A stretch of 64,000 nt of DNA from Perkinsus chesapeaki ATCC PRA-425 (taxonomy: Eukaryota; Protista; Perkinsozoa), in the NCBI GenBank assembly GCA_013115145.1, contig JAAPAO010000117.1, positions 1-64,000 on the forward strand. Direction: 5' to 3'. The notes under the pieces are model-generated. The model did not search any database, was not told the origin of the DNA, and saw only the letters and a list, made by a program, of their open reading frames with translations. Shown here piece by piece: positions 40,501 to 52,608 of this stretch. The position numbers were made by a program, and so were the translations under genes. Positions within the stretch are counted from its first letter, which is position 1. Every line of letters starts with the position of its first letter.

Positions 40501-43500
40501 CTACCTTCTATAATATCCTACAGCCAACAGTCTCCTAGAATATGTCACTGGAAACTGGAATGCTCCTACCTCAAGCTCCTGCTCTAGAGTTGGGCCCTCG
40601 AACATGTCCATAACAGAGTACCGCAGTCCAGAGTCGGTACTGCCACAATGTATCCATCGAGGGAACGGTGGTGGAGCAGCAGCAGCAGAACGGGTGTCTC
40701 GAGCCCCCTCTGGTGTATTAGAACCGCCGCCGCCCTCGAGGCGGCTCAGGTCACTGCTGGTCACGATGTTCTCACCTATAGTAAATCCAATAACAGCAGC
40801 AGTTGCTGCTGCGGTTGGTGGTTATGGTTACTTAGATATTTGTGTACTTTACACTCATTCATTATCATTGATGTCTCCCCATCAGTCTGTGGCCTGTAGA
40901 ACACCTTAACAGCTACTAGTTGGACAACAACAACTGAAGCAGCAGCAGCATCTGTGGGGATAACTTCATTGACACCGTCTCGGGGGCCATTAAGAGATGC
41001 CACGCTGGAGACCATGGACTAAACCAGTAGTGGCTCCACTAACGCCTCCACCTGTTTAGTTACCTGCTGCTTTTCGTTAGCCTTTGAGCGTGCTGATGAT
41101 GATGGTATGATCAAAGGCGTCGATGATGATGATGCAAGTGATGACCTTCTACCAGGCTGATGATGTTGTTGTCCTCCTCCACCCCCGCCACTGCTGAGTC
41201 TGTCTGGTGTATCCTCTAGACGACACTTGAATATAACAGATCTAGTCCCAGACCATAGGACATCTAATATGGTATAGACCCTTCCTATCCTTAGGCCTCT
41301 AACACCTGGACCTCCACCATCATACCCATCAAGGAGTATACTAGCATCCCCTAAAACAAAAACAGTGCATCCTCAGCAATTGGAGTTGTGGCTCCAGGTC
41401 GTGTATGAATCACTACTGCCGCCGGTCTCTATAAAAGCCTCGATAGCCCTGTCTAGGACACTCTCCACATCTCTCAATGCTGTTGGCAGTAGCCTATGAT
41501 CCCTTAGAAAATGATGGACCTATTATCATAGTGAGTAGCCTCTTCAGTGTCGTCGTCGTCGTCGTCTATTCAACTCACTTCGCTCTGAACCACAGTTTGA
41601 TCCAACTCCACAGCTGTGATGCATGCCAATGCTCTAACTGTGGCATCCTGTACCATCTCCCATACAACTTCACCGATGATGTCATCCAGTGCCTATCTAT
41701 AACAATAGAGCACCCTACTAGAGCACCCACACCTACGCTCCACGGGCAGGCCACACCGCCGCTTTCCATGATAGCAGCAGCCCTACGGTCCGTCTTAGGC
41801 ACCAGATCCACACCGTGAGTTGCTGGAATTCTGAGTACAGCTGTAGCGAGCTGAATGGGTGTTGTTGTTATGAGGTTTGTTACTGTGAGAGAGGCTTACC
41901 TTAAGTGAGCTGGTTATCTTGGACGTGAACTGCGGTGTGCTGCGGTGCATTTTGGGTACATTGTTCAATAATAGTTTTTGACAGTATCCAAGGCCTCGGA
42001 TGATAGGATCCCTATTCAGTAGGGTAGCTCTAGTACGCCATCTGTACAGACCGCAGCAGGTTCGATCGTTGTTGCCTATCTGGCACTGGTGTGGCAGTGG
42101 TATACCTAGCTTCCAGGGCATGATCAATGGTCCTTAGGTCGGTAATGCATCTGGCTATTGCAGCGGCTGGTGATGAGAATAGCTTTGCCAGAGTCCACAA
42201 TACCTATGGGGAGTGGTATACTGCTGTCGTTCTAGCGAACATTGGATACATTCAGACTTTCCGTCCGTTTGGTATCATTATAGATATGTTGATAATAGTT
42301 ATAAACCTCACGGGACCACATACGTTTGGCTGTCTTGTAAAAATCTTGCTTATCACCACCAGCGTATTTGAGTATATCAGAGTTAAGTGACTCTTTATAA
42401 GGGTTTAGTGCTTTGGTTAGCAACCCTTCTTCACTCTCCACTTGCCATAGCACCGATGCTTCTATTATCCGCCCTTGTGGAAGTGATACCGCCACATCTA
42501 GTTTAACCTCCCCTTGACTGTACCGTACAGCCTCCTCCAAGGTCATGCTTAATCCATTACTGTTGCCCAGTACCTATAATAATATGCAACAGCAGCAGCA
42601 GCCGCAACCTTAAGTGGTGACCAATGGTACCTTCCGACCGGCTATTATCTCTTTAGGAGACCAACGGAGCTTAGGGAAACTGCTGACCCACTGGCGAAAG
42701 AACTCATATTCAGTCATAGCCCTGTCCCTCTGTGCAGCCCCGCCAGATGACACCCTAGAGGTAAGCTTTGATGGTGACTGTGCCCTCCCCATTGACAGTA
42801 TCCAATGCTTGTAGGTTGTGCTCCATTGGGCCTCGACAGAGTGTCTAGAGTCCAGGCATGGTGCCTTACGCAGCACATGCTCACTCAGAAGGCCCTCGGC
42901 CAGCAGTCTTGACAACTAAAACATAACATAATTATAAAGGAAGAACCCTAAGTAGTACTACTTGTCTATATACATGTGGTCCATCATACCCTACCAGCTT
43001 CCTTCCGACATAGTCCCACTTTCCCATACCAGTAATAGAGCTCAGGGTTGTGTTAGGATGTAACCCACATTTGAGTTCTAGGAAAGATACTCCATGGACG
43101 AGCTTTGCCGTTGCAGCTTTTTGAGTGATCCTGTGAGGCTCTTTAGGATAGGTGGCGGATGCTGCCTGGATGTTAAGGATGTTCAAAATGATTCTTTGGA
43201 GCTCAGCCGTGAACACTCTGGCGGTCACGTCACTAGGCTTCTCTAGGTAAATCTGATCTACTTATCAATGTACCCTTAGGAAACCCTGTCTGACTTTCTC
43301 AAAGACGTCAATGTCCCCCCAGTACTTGAATGCCAGGTAACGGTAGCTGCCTACTGGGGCAGGCGTATCTTTCCCCATTGTTATTAGCTCTACAACCTCC
43401 TTCAAAGCTGGGGAGTATCTTATCAGATTAGCTTAACCCGGTTTAGCTGTTGAGATGTACTGTAGGTTTACGTCCTGGCATCTAATGGATGTGTTAACCT

Positions 43501-43766
43501 AGAGTCCCCTCTAAGGCCAGTATCCTCTTCCTTAATACTTTCAACATACATTCTACTGGCCATACTAGTCTAAAACAATGTCTAACGCTGGATAGTGGAT
43601 GATAACCTACCCTCTTCATCTGTCCAAAGGCATCCCTGCTGGCTAAGGATGCCAGCTCCTCTTGTTTACTATCGACGCTCCTAGAACTAAGTGGCTGCTG
43701 TTGGGTGTCACAAGGACCACCACCTGCGCGACTGCAGCCAGAGCTGGTCCAGTGCAGAGGAGGCAT
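37535..43766 (-). CDS. Multidomain protein: Pol-beta-type nucleotidyltransferase, pseudokinase, ankyrin repeats, 2 TM helices
   Basis: About 25 GT-AG introns keep one frame. NTase: VGSY..WGDIDVFE, FLELKCG, KLRWSPKEIIAGRK, VKLDV. Kinase-like: YTILDVLWSGTRSVIFKC, VAVK, IHHNINP, DWA, GWASPEQ, DLYSCAV. ANK: LAPVQLAIMAGNLSCVELM, GGTALHWA, GLTPLDTA. TMs: ILSLLLASIVFVITGFI and WMFGSALTVLVLVPFMCMV. Confidence 0.75.
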
Positions 43767-44092
43767 TAACACTAACCAGGAGGGGCTTCAGTTATCAACT
43801 CAACGAGGTTCATTTGACCTTATTTCTAGATCCCCGGTTCGATAAAAATATGAAAAAGGCAAACGTGACACCGCGCTGTAGCGGAGCGATGCACTGACGT
43901 CACAGCAAGGACGCAACTCATTCTTAGGCAAATCGTTTTCTGATAGAGAACTCTCATTATGGGATCGCGCTTGAAATGTGAGGTTCAGGGAATATGTAGT
44001 TATCTAGGTATAGCCAAATAGAAGTAATAGAAACGTTCGGTCTTACCGCAGATGGACGGTGGATGTATAGAGTCATTTGTTATTATTAAATC
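43767..44092. promoter_or_regulatory. Divergent intergenic region with a TGACGTCA palindrome
   Basis: 326 bp between head-to-head genes; TGACGTCA at 43895-43902 and CGTGACAC at 43864-43871. Confidence 0.35.
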
Positions 44093-47000
44093 ATGGCCAC
44101 TGCTGCCGCCACGGCTTTACCTGGGGGTAGTACAACACTTACAGTACACTCTACAATAGGTGGAGGAGGAGGGCCATCACCAACAGCAGGGATGCATATA
44201 CCTGGCGGTGGTATTAAAAGTGTGATGTCGACATTATCACAATCTCCAACAGCAACTACATCTAAAGCTGATCTAGAGCTTAGAAAGATTATTGACGCTG
44301 GTAATGTAACCTACTGGGAATCCTGCTAGCATGAGCCTAAGATTCGTTCACTCATAGGTGTATTACGATTTAATAACTCCGCTAAGGATGGTATACAATA
44401 TTTAATATCAGCTGGTGTATTAGATGATGATCCAGCTGAGATTGCAGAGTTCCTGGCCAAACAGGAGAATTTAGACAAGCATGTTATCGGAGAATATCTT
44501 GTAATAAGGTTAATGGTGTTAAAAGGTGATGGAATGATATCAGGGCAAGGATAATGAATTCAACGTTGCAGTATTGAATCGTTTCGCTCAACTATTCGAC
44601 TATCGTGGACTACCGCCAGATGAGGCCCTCAGGCTATTCATGTGCAGGTGAGTCTGAAGTATCTAGTCTGAAATATAGCCTTTGTTTAGATTTGCCATGC
44701 CTGGTGAGGCACAACAGGTGTATCGTATCTTAGAACGTTTCTCAACGTATTACGCAGCAACATCCACTTCACTTAATCGTGACCAAGTTCATGTAGGCCT
44801 CTCTACACCAAGTTCCTCTATTACTACTAGATACTAGCATATGCTCTTATTATGCTTAATGTTGATGCTCATAACCCCCAAGTTACTGATAAAATGACAA
44901 GGGATCAGTTTATTAAGAATACCATGCCTGAAGTTAGCCCAGGGTGCACTGCAGAGGAGCTTGGACAAATGTGATGGATATTATATAGTATATTGTTATT
45001 AACCAACCTCATATAGGTATGATAGAATAGTTGCCAAGGAGTTCCGACCAGATACTACACCACAGGAACTGATGTAATAAAGGGAAGGCGGGGTTGGTGA
45101 TGGTGGTGGTGGACGCTGTTGGGTATAGGTATGTGAGGCTGGCAAAGAACCCTCAGTATTCGGCAGATGAGAAAAATGTAGCAGCAACGCCTGAAGAGAT
45201 ACAGCGGATGAAAGTTGGTGATAACTTTCTCAAGTTTGGCAGACGTGGCCGTCCGCATGCCCGGCGGGTTTTCCTATCGGAGGTAGTACTAGGGTTAACG
45301 GTGGGGTAGGGGGGTCATGGTTTCTCAGGATGAGACCAGGATATGTTGGGTTGAGCCTACAGACTCCCGGGGAGGGCGTCTAGGATCGTTATTGAACCAC
45401 GATGCCGCAATGCCGCGCAGTAGGCCTACTACGGCTGGAGGCAGACCCTCCACAGCACCGGCCACTACTACCAATGGTGGTGGAGGCTCTGTGGGAGGGA
45501 AGAGTCCAGCTGCTCATAGCGAGTTAATGGTCTCGGGGAAGGCGATGCCAATAGCAGGTAGGGGATATAGCAGGGTCTAGCAGGAAGAAGTATGGTCATG
45601 CAGGAGCGGGAGATCTGGCCACCTCGGGAGCATCGGCAACGCACCATCTACGTAACATAAGGCTTGATGAAGTTACAGGGCTATGTGTTGGAACATCGGG
45701 ATCTAGTGTATTCCGAAAGCAATGGGTACCCGAGGCCTTGGAGGATAGATGCTTCTCTATAATAACTGAGAAGAGATCTCTTGATTTACAGGTGATCATC
45801 GTCATCATGTTATCATCTACCATATGTGTCTACCCCTGACATTGTTACCTTCCCCTCCATTAGGCCCCAGCAGCGGTGGATATGCGTATGTGGTTGCGGT
45901 TCTTCCATTATGTACTGTCTGAAAGGGAAGCTAAGATACGGGCAGCAGCAGACCCTGTTAAGGAAGCCCAGGAAATGCAGCGTGCTGGGGCTAAGAGACT
46001 TAGGATATGGAAGGAAGAGATACTACCCAATTGGGCCAAACATTGGACCACTGGTATGCTGCTGGTGTTGAGGGGGGTAGAGAGTAAGGCTACGAGGTCA
46101 TCAGGTGCACAGGCTGGCTCGGGGACACAGGGTAGGAACCCTGATGGTTTCCGCAGTAGAGGGTTACGTATGTTGGAGAATGCCACACATAGGATAATAG
46201 TTAGTGACAAGCAGCCCAATGAGGCTTTAACATTTCAAATGTTCTATTCTGGTGGATTTGCCTTGGATAGAGGGCAGAGGCTTGAGACGGCCCGGACACC
46301 GACGTTGGTCAATCTATGGCTTGAAGGTAGTAATAGGGTAATCTGCGGTGGTGGGGGATGTACCAGCGTTAGGTCTGCCACCTGCATTAAGGTGTAAGAT
46401 ATGGCCAATAGCTATAGGAAACAACCTGAGGATTAATTCTGACACCTTTGCTACCTTGACCCGGAAAGTGCATCGAGCCGAGAGGAAGAATTCGTGGAGT
46501 AAATCACAACAGACTTATCTCACACGATTCAAAAACGACCTAGAGTCCGACTTGGTGCAGACTTTTATTGGAAAGGTGGTGGAGTGGCTGCATACCTTTG
46601 GCACTAGAGAGCAGCTGGAAGGGTTCCTGGATGCTGCTACTGAAGATGGGTATAGGAAACTAAGGGCACATGAGAGCATTATGGATGACCAAGGCATGAT
46701 GAGGGCTAAGTCTAGTGGGTCGGATGATGACGATGATGATGATGAGGGGTACTTCTGTGAATGTGATAGCGATGACGATATCTATGATAATGATGATGTT
46801 GAAGCGCATCATAGGTCACATAGGTGTGATGATTGTGGTGTAGCAGTGGAGGCCATACCGAGCCCTGCTCATGGATTGGCAACACCTAACACAATAAGAT
46901 CGAGGGCACCATCAGATCCTTCTGGGGCACCACCAACCCATGCTTCTAATGATGCTGCATCTTTGGGGTCTAGAGGGGGCAATTCTACGGTCATTTGTGA

Positions 47001-48053
47001 GAGATGCCGTAAGATAGCTATAAAGAAGAAGTTGAATACCAGAGGGACGTATAACCAGCCATGGGAGACGGCATGGATTGGTGGAGGGAAGTCTGATACT
47101 TCTGATGAGGTAATGACCTGCTCTTACTGGTCTTGGACGGACATATCTCTCTCCTCAGGATGCCCTCATACGGAAGGGCTTATTGATGCTGCTGTCAGAT
47201 CTCATCAAAGCCTTCATCGTCTATAGGTCGGATGTTGGTAACGTTGTTCATCCCTTCATTATTGTTATTATTACATTTTGTTAGGTTATGTTCCTGGTAT
47301 GATATCCCTTTGTACTACTGTATTGGTGAATGTAGGCCCTCGTCCGTTGGGACAGGCCTTCTGTACATTTGCTAATTTAATGCATCAATACTACTTCTTG
47401 GATGTGTATATGGTTAAGAGGAGGAACATGAAGATGCGTTTTGATTTTCTTGAGGTAGTACACTACCTTCCTCCTCCTCCGCTCCCCCTTACTTATCCAT
47501 GCGCACCCCCCATCCAGGTCCTACTGCGCGAGCGTGCACCATTCCTAGAGAAGCACTTCTCTATATTACAGCTGACTCCAGAGGTCTACTTCCTACCGTG
47601 GTTAACTAGTGTCTTCACTAGATGTATGCCGTTCCATGCAGTGTGTCGAATGTGGTAAGTGTTCCTGAGCATGTTCGTGGAGCACCATTAGTCACTTAGG
47701 GATGGATTCCTTCTCCTTGGCGAGGCCCACGTCTTCACGTGCGCACTGGCATTACTGCGATATCACGAGCATGCTTTAATGACATCTGGTTTTGGAGGAT
47801 GTTTAGAGATCCTTACCTCTCCACCAGATGAGAGACTGTTTGATGAGAATAAGTTCTTCGACTATTATATGAAGCTTCCAGAGACTGTGGTGAGTGGCAG
47901 TGGCATTAGTATGCACACACTTCATCGAACTTACTCATTGCTACTTTGTTGATGCATTTTATTTAGGTACCTAATGAACGGCTAGGAGCTTGGATGGCTG
48001 CCCAAAGATTGGGAGAGGAGAAGACTTCTCTATTTGAGCTTCTATTTTCTTAA
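44093..48053 (+). CDS. Sec7 (Arf-GEF), PH and TBC (Rab-GAP-like) fusion protein
   Basis: Sec7: FNNSAKDGIQYL, LDKHVIGEYL, FAMPGEAQQVYRILERF, LAYALIMLNVDAHNP. PH: FLKFGRRGRPHARRVFL. TBC: GLPPALRCKIW, GYVPGM, YFLPWLTSVF, CRMWD; stop at 48053. Confidence 0.88.
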
Positions 48054-48377
48054 TAGTGCTTGTCATCATGGTGATGATACTGCTGCTGCTATGACTGCCT
48101 TAGTACTACTACTGCATTTTCTCTTTTATTATATGTCTCATTACTATTTGCCTGTATGCTATAATCTGACTGTTGATGATGATGATGATGAATATGATGA
48201 TAATAACCCTGTTGTGGTTGTTACTATCCTCCCACTGTGTCCTCCCTTTAACTTTGAATATTTGCAAGTAGCCCCCATCACCATACAATATTATTACTCC
48301 TATACCAATCCACTAGTCTTAAGTTAGTCTATTACAAACCGGGAGTGTTAGAGGAGTTTATTGACCTTGTTGACAGT

Positions 48378-50843
48378 ATGCTGGTGATTGCCCTTCTTGG
48401 ATTTGTTGTTGTCTGTGTATCACAGACGGGACCACACGAAACGGCTACTGTAGAGGCGGCCATTGAAGAGGCAATGTCCGCTGCTGATGTGAGAGGGACA
48501 GAGCAAGCCGAAAGGATCTCCGCCGAAGTCAGCCTCATAGACATACTCTACCAGAACATTCTGTACATAGATACTCAATATCACCCTTCCGCTATCCGAG
48601 AGGGTACTCGCAGACCCCCGCACCAACGTAACTCGGTGTGAGTACGCTGGTGAACCTGCGGGCCTGTACAAGCCTGGCTTCTGGAGGCAGCATATACTTA
48701 TCTGGAGCACTCGATATAGCTGGGCAAGCCACTGCTGCTACTGTTACCGCGGCTGCTGTGGGTCGGCTATAGGGACTGCTATAGGTTACAGAAGCTGAGA
48801 GTATTGTGTTCCTACGTATGCTGCTACGAATAGCACCAGACATCGAAGAGGTTATCAAAGACTGTGTCCAAGGCCTTATTGTTGTCATGCTACTATCAAT
48901 GGATGCTGTTGAAGTAGTGGTCGAGTAGACTAAGTGGTAGACTAACATGCTACCTGAGCAGGTGCAGACGGGCGACTTGAGGGTGGTGCAACATCTCTAT
49001 ACCATCACTGAAAGCCTAATAGATGACTATGGTCATCTTATTAATAACTCTGATTGGACTGAAGGGCTTCGGATGGAGAAGTGCTGCTGCTTTGTGTGCT
49101 GCTGTCCCCAGCCTGATCATGGCAGGTTCTGGCGGCCTGAGTGGGACCGTACCAAGTTGAACTCTGATGATCCGAACCAGCTGTTCTGGGTTGAACCATT
49201 TAAACACGAGTATCGAATGCTACTCGACTTGACTACTAATGATTGTGCACATTCGGACTTGAAGATCTTTGTGTAAGTTTGCCCCGACGAAATCAGCTAC
49301 CACCACGGGCAGCATAGATATGACCCATCCCCGTGGGAGGCAATGCTCAACCCAGGCAGCCTGAGTTGCGGTAAAAATTCTCAATGGGGCTTTGAAGCTG
49401 TATGGCACAAGTACTTCAAGAACGGCGCGTGCAGAACGGCGGTGCCCACAGAAGCAGACCTATTCTTCGTACCTCTCTACCCGATGTGTGCTCGTGTTAT
49501 CTCAAACACCACAAGCCATTTCGATACGGAAATGCGGTATGTGGTGATAAAACACCTAACATTCATAGACAAGTAGGGCCATGTTAAGTCGGAGAGAAGT
49601 TGTCTTCAGTCAGGCGTGGAGGTGCTGATCACATATTTGTGTTTGTGGATGATGCTGAGATATTCTTCCCATCCTGGCGTAGCTTCATTCCTAACTCAAT
49701 TATACTAACCCCAGATGCTGTACACTACGCTACTGTCTCTAGTCCCTGTTGTTAACTCTCTTCATAGATAAGGCCCGGGCATGCGGACTGGCAGTACCCT
49801 ATTATCGGACCACAACGCCGCGAGAAGAACATGTTCAACGTCTGGCGTGACGTTGTTGTCCCTAGTTACACTGACTATTTCCGTCGCCAAGTCATACGCA
49901 TCTTATCATATTGCTCTCGACCATCTTGTCAGGCACTGCTCCGCTTTGATCGTCCCTTAGAGGAGCGCCCCTTTCTGGTAACATTTGTCGGCCGTCATGG
50001 AGGTTCGCATGAGCTTTACAAAAGCAATGAAGTCAGAAGGCTTATATTTGAGCATCTTCGTAACGCCAGCCATGTACGGTGCACTCTTCCTCGAGCTTTT
50101 CACTACATGCTATTATTATCAGTCTGCTGTTGCCGAGAATGTGGAGGATGCCTTTGATCTGAAGGGGCAGAGTATATTCTGTCTTGTCCCTCATGGTACA
50201 AGTGTATGGACGCATCACCTTATTGAGGCTGTTATGGTCGGTTGTGTACCGGTCATCCTCTCTGGTGAGCGCATAAGCACTTAGCTCATAATATAATGTA
50301 TATGAGTGATTACTACAAAGCGTATTTTGTCTTGACGGCTTCACGCGCAAGAGGGTAATTCCTTAAAAGTATCATTTCGAAGTCTCATCTTTGCGCGGTA
50401 GCCATCTCTCTATGCCAAACCCTCGCTCCGCTCCATTTAAGTCCAAGGCGGTCCCCTCTAACTTGCCCCCTATCCACTTCAGATAGTCTAGTATTGCCTT
50501 TTGGTCACGTCATTCCTTGGCGAGAGATATCAATAAGGTGGCCACAGCTCGAAGTTGATTATGATAACTTTTATCGTTATTTATGGTCACAGAGGAACCA
50601 TCCAGAGGGATGGAGGAAGCTCCTAACTATGAAGGAGAAGGTGTCTTCATTACTTCGACCTGTTATGCATTTCATCACTGCTTTCAGTTGAGGAAGTACC
50701 GTTGTTGGCTGGACTACCATAGTGATGTCCCTAACTGTTCACCGTATCATGCTGTGATGCCTATCCTAGAGTCTAAAAGGACGCTTTTAGATCTTAGTTT
50801 GGCCTCTTCGGATGCATACTATACCATGGATCACATTCAATAG
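48378..50843 (+). CDS. Exostosin-family (GT47) glycosyltransferase
   Basis: Signal/anchor LVIALLGFVVVCVS; RTAVPTEADLFFVPLY; FCLVPHGTSVWTHHLIEAVMVGCVPVIL; LPFGHVIPW. Confidence 0.88.
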
Positions 50844-50990
50844 TGCATGATGATACTCATGGACTCTATTGTTTCGTAACACAGACTTTCAGATCACTTC
50901 TCCCATTGTTCGGTGTTCCTGCCGCCATGCCGGCCCTTCTGATCCCACTCTTTTTAGTTTTCAAATGTACCCTATCTATTTCATTCCATA

Positions 50991-51430
50991 ATGCAAACGT
51001 TAATACGGCCTATCATCCTCGCCACATCCATACTAGTCTGCTGCTGTGCGCTGGCAGCTTTCTGGTCGTATTGGAAGCTCATCTCCTGGGAAGTATGGTA
51101 TGACTCACCCCCAGGCCGTTGATGATTGTGGGGGGGATGATGTGTCTTGCTTCGAGACGTATCTGAAACGGTTCCGCTTCTACTTGGCTTTCGAGAACAG
51201 CATGGGCCGATGTATATAACTAAAAAGCTGTTGAATGTTTGTGAACGGCAGGTCGAATGGGGTACACCCAGGTTCTAGGGGAACCCAAGGCGGATTATGA
51301 GAAGCTCGCTCCACCAGGGAGTTTCACGTTGATGCTTTCGATAACACTAAGGCTCTTGTTAAATATCATAACCAACCACAGCGCTCGCGAGCTACTTTGA
51401 GTGGCTTAAAGCTTATGGGGTCCTTGGACA
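50991..51430 (+). pseudogene. Alpha-1,3-fucosyltransferase (GT10) relic with internal deletion, frameshift and stop
   Basis: Type II anchor MQTLIRPIILATSILVCCCALAAFW abuts RFYLAFENS(MGRCI-stop); ADYEKLAPPGSF/HVDAF split by a frameshift; SYFEW. Confidence 0.7.
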
Positions 51431-51660
51431 GTATTACACTCACTGCCACTCATGTCAACGTTATTTAGGGTGAAAAGAGGTCACAACAATAATGCAAGGC
51501 AAATATACAGGCCTTTATCAGTGGAGCACCGAGGGGCAGGGTCACCACCCACGACCATTGAACGCATGACAAAAGTCGTGAATAAATCTCTACTGATAAC
51601 ATTCATGGAATTGTGTTAGTCGTCGGACCCTTCAGTTATCACTCGATTGCCACCAGCATC

Positions 51661-52218
51661 ATGGTTCCCGTCCTGTCACAGCGTTTTGGTATTCCCACCC
51701 TGCAGCTTGCTTCCCGTGTTCTGTGCATCAGGACGTTTGCCACGGGTAAGGCGCTAATCAAACTATCTTTATGCTAATTCATACTGCTCAAGGTGCTAAC
51801 ATCTCAAGGCCCGCGTTGTCGCTCGAGAAGGCCCTTGCTGAACCCGACCTCCTAGTATTAGATGTGACATCTGAAATGGAGTTTAACGAAGGTAGCGGCC
51901 CTCACCTGCGTCACATAGTTCAAGTTTGATAATGTCTTCTCTCCAGGTCATCATCCAAGTGCTATGAACATTCCTATGCAGGAAATTCCTGAGAAGATTG
52001 GCGAACTCGGCAACGACAAGACCAGACCTGTCTTGGTTTACTGCAAAAAGGGCGTGAGATCAGGTGCATTACTCTTAGTGTTCTCAATACCAGTTTGAAC
52101 TCATTCAGGTATGGTCACCAATGCATTGATGCAAAATGGCTTTATCAATGCCTTTGCGACAACTAATAAGGATGTAGCGAAAATGCTAACTGACAAGTTT
52201 GGCCAAGTGACCCAATAA
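51661..52218 (+). CDS. Single-domain rhodanese (GlpE/PspE-like) with mitochondrial-type presequence
   Basis: Four exons: LLVLDV..EFNEGHHPSAMNIP..VLVYCKKGVRSG..LMQNGF; stop at 52218. Confidence 0.88.
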
Positions 52219-52608
52219 AGCCGTGGCTCCTAGAAAATTTCGTTAAGATATCTCTGAATCACGAAAAAGGCGACACTTACTATGCACTTTTTCTACCTCG
52301 ATTCCTACATCTTGTCAATATGGTTGTGTTAAGACCCATCACCAGTTTCGTTGAGTATGGTCTACAAGAGTTGAACATCTGCAATGAGATGTCCTCGATA
52401 TAATAATCCAATCATTACCCCCATTAGTAGCCCGGCTCTTCGGCTTCTGTAGTCGGATAACCTCACCTACCTTTCGAACCTGCTTACCCTGCGTTACGGT
52501 AGTCTCTCTAGCCCTAAAGAGAGTTTTTCGGACAACATCCACCATTTCAACGGTCAAACTTGAATTCGATTCAGCGAAATCTTTTTATCGGTAGCACTGC
52601 CCTTTACG

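Noticed and set aside
50397-50409. GTAGCCATCT resembling part of the perkinsid/dinoflagellate spliced leader
   Set aside because: Only about 10 nt match, inside an intron, and the 3' half (TGGCTCAAG) is missing; compatible with chance
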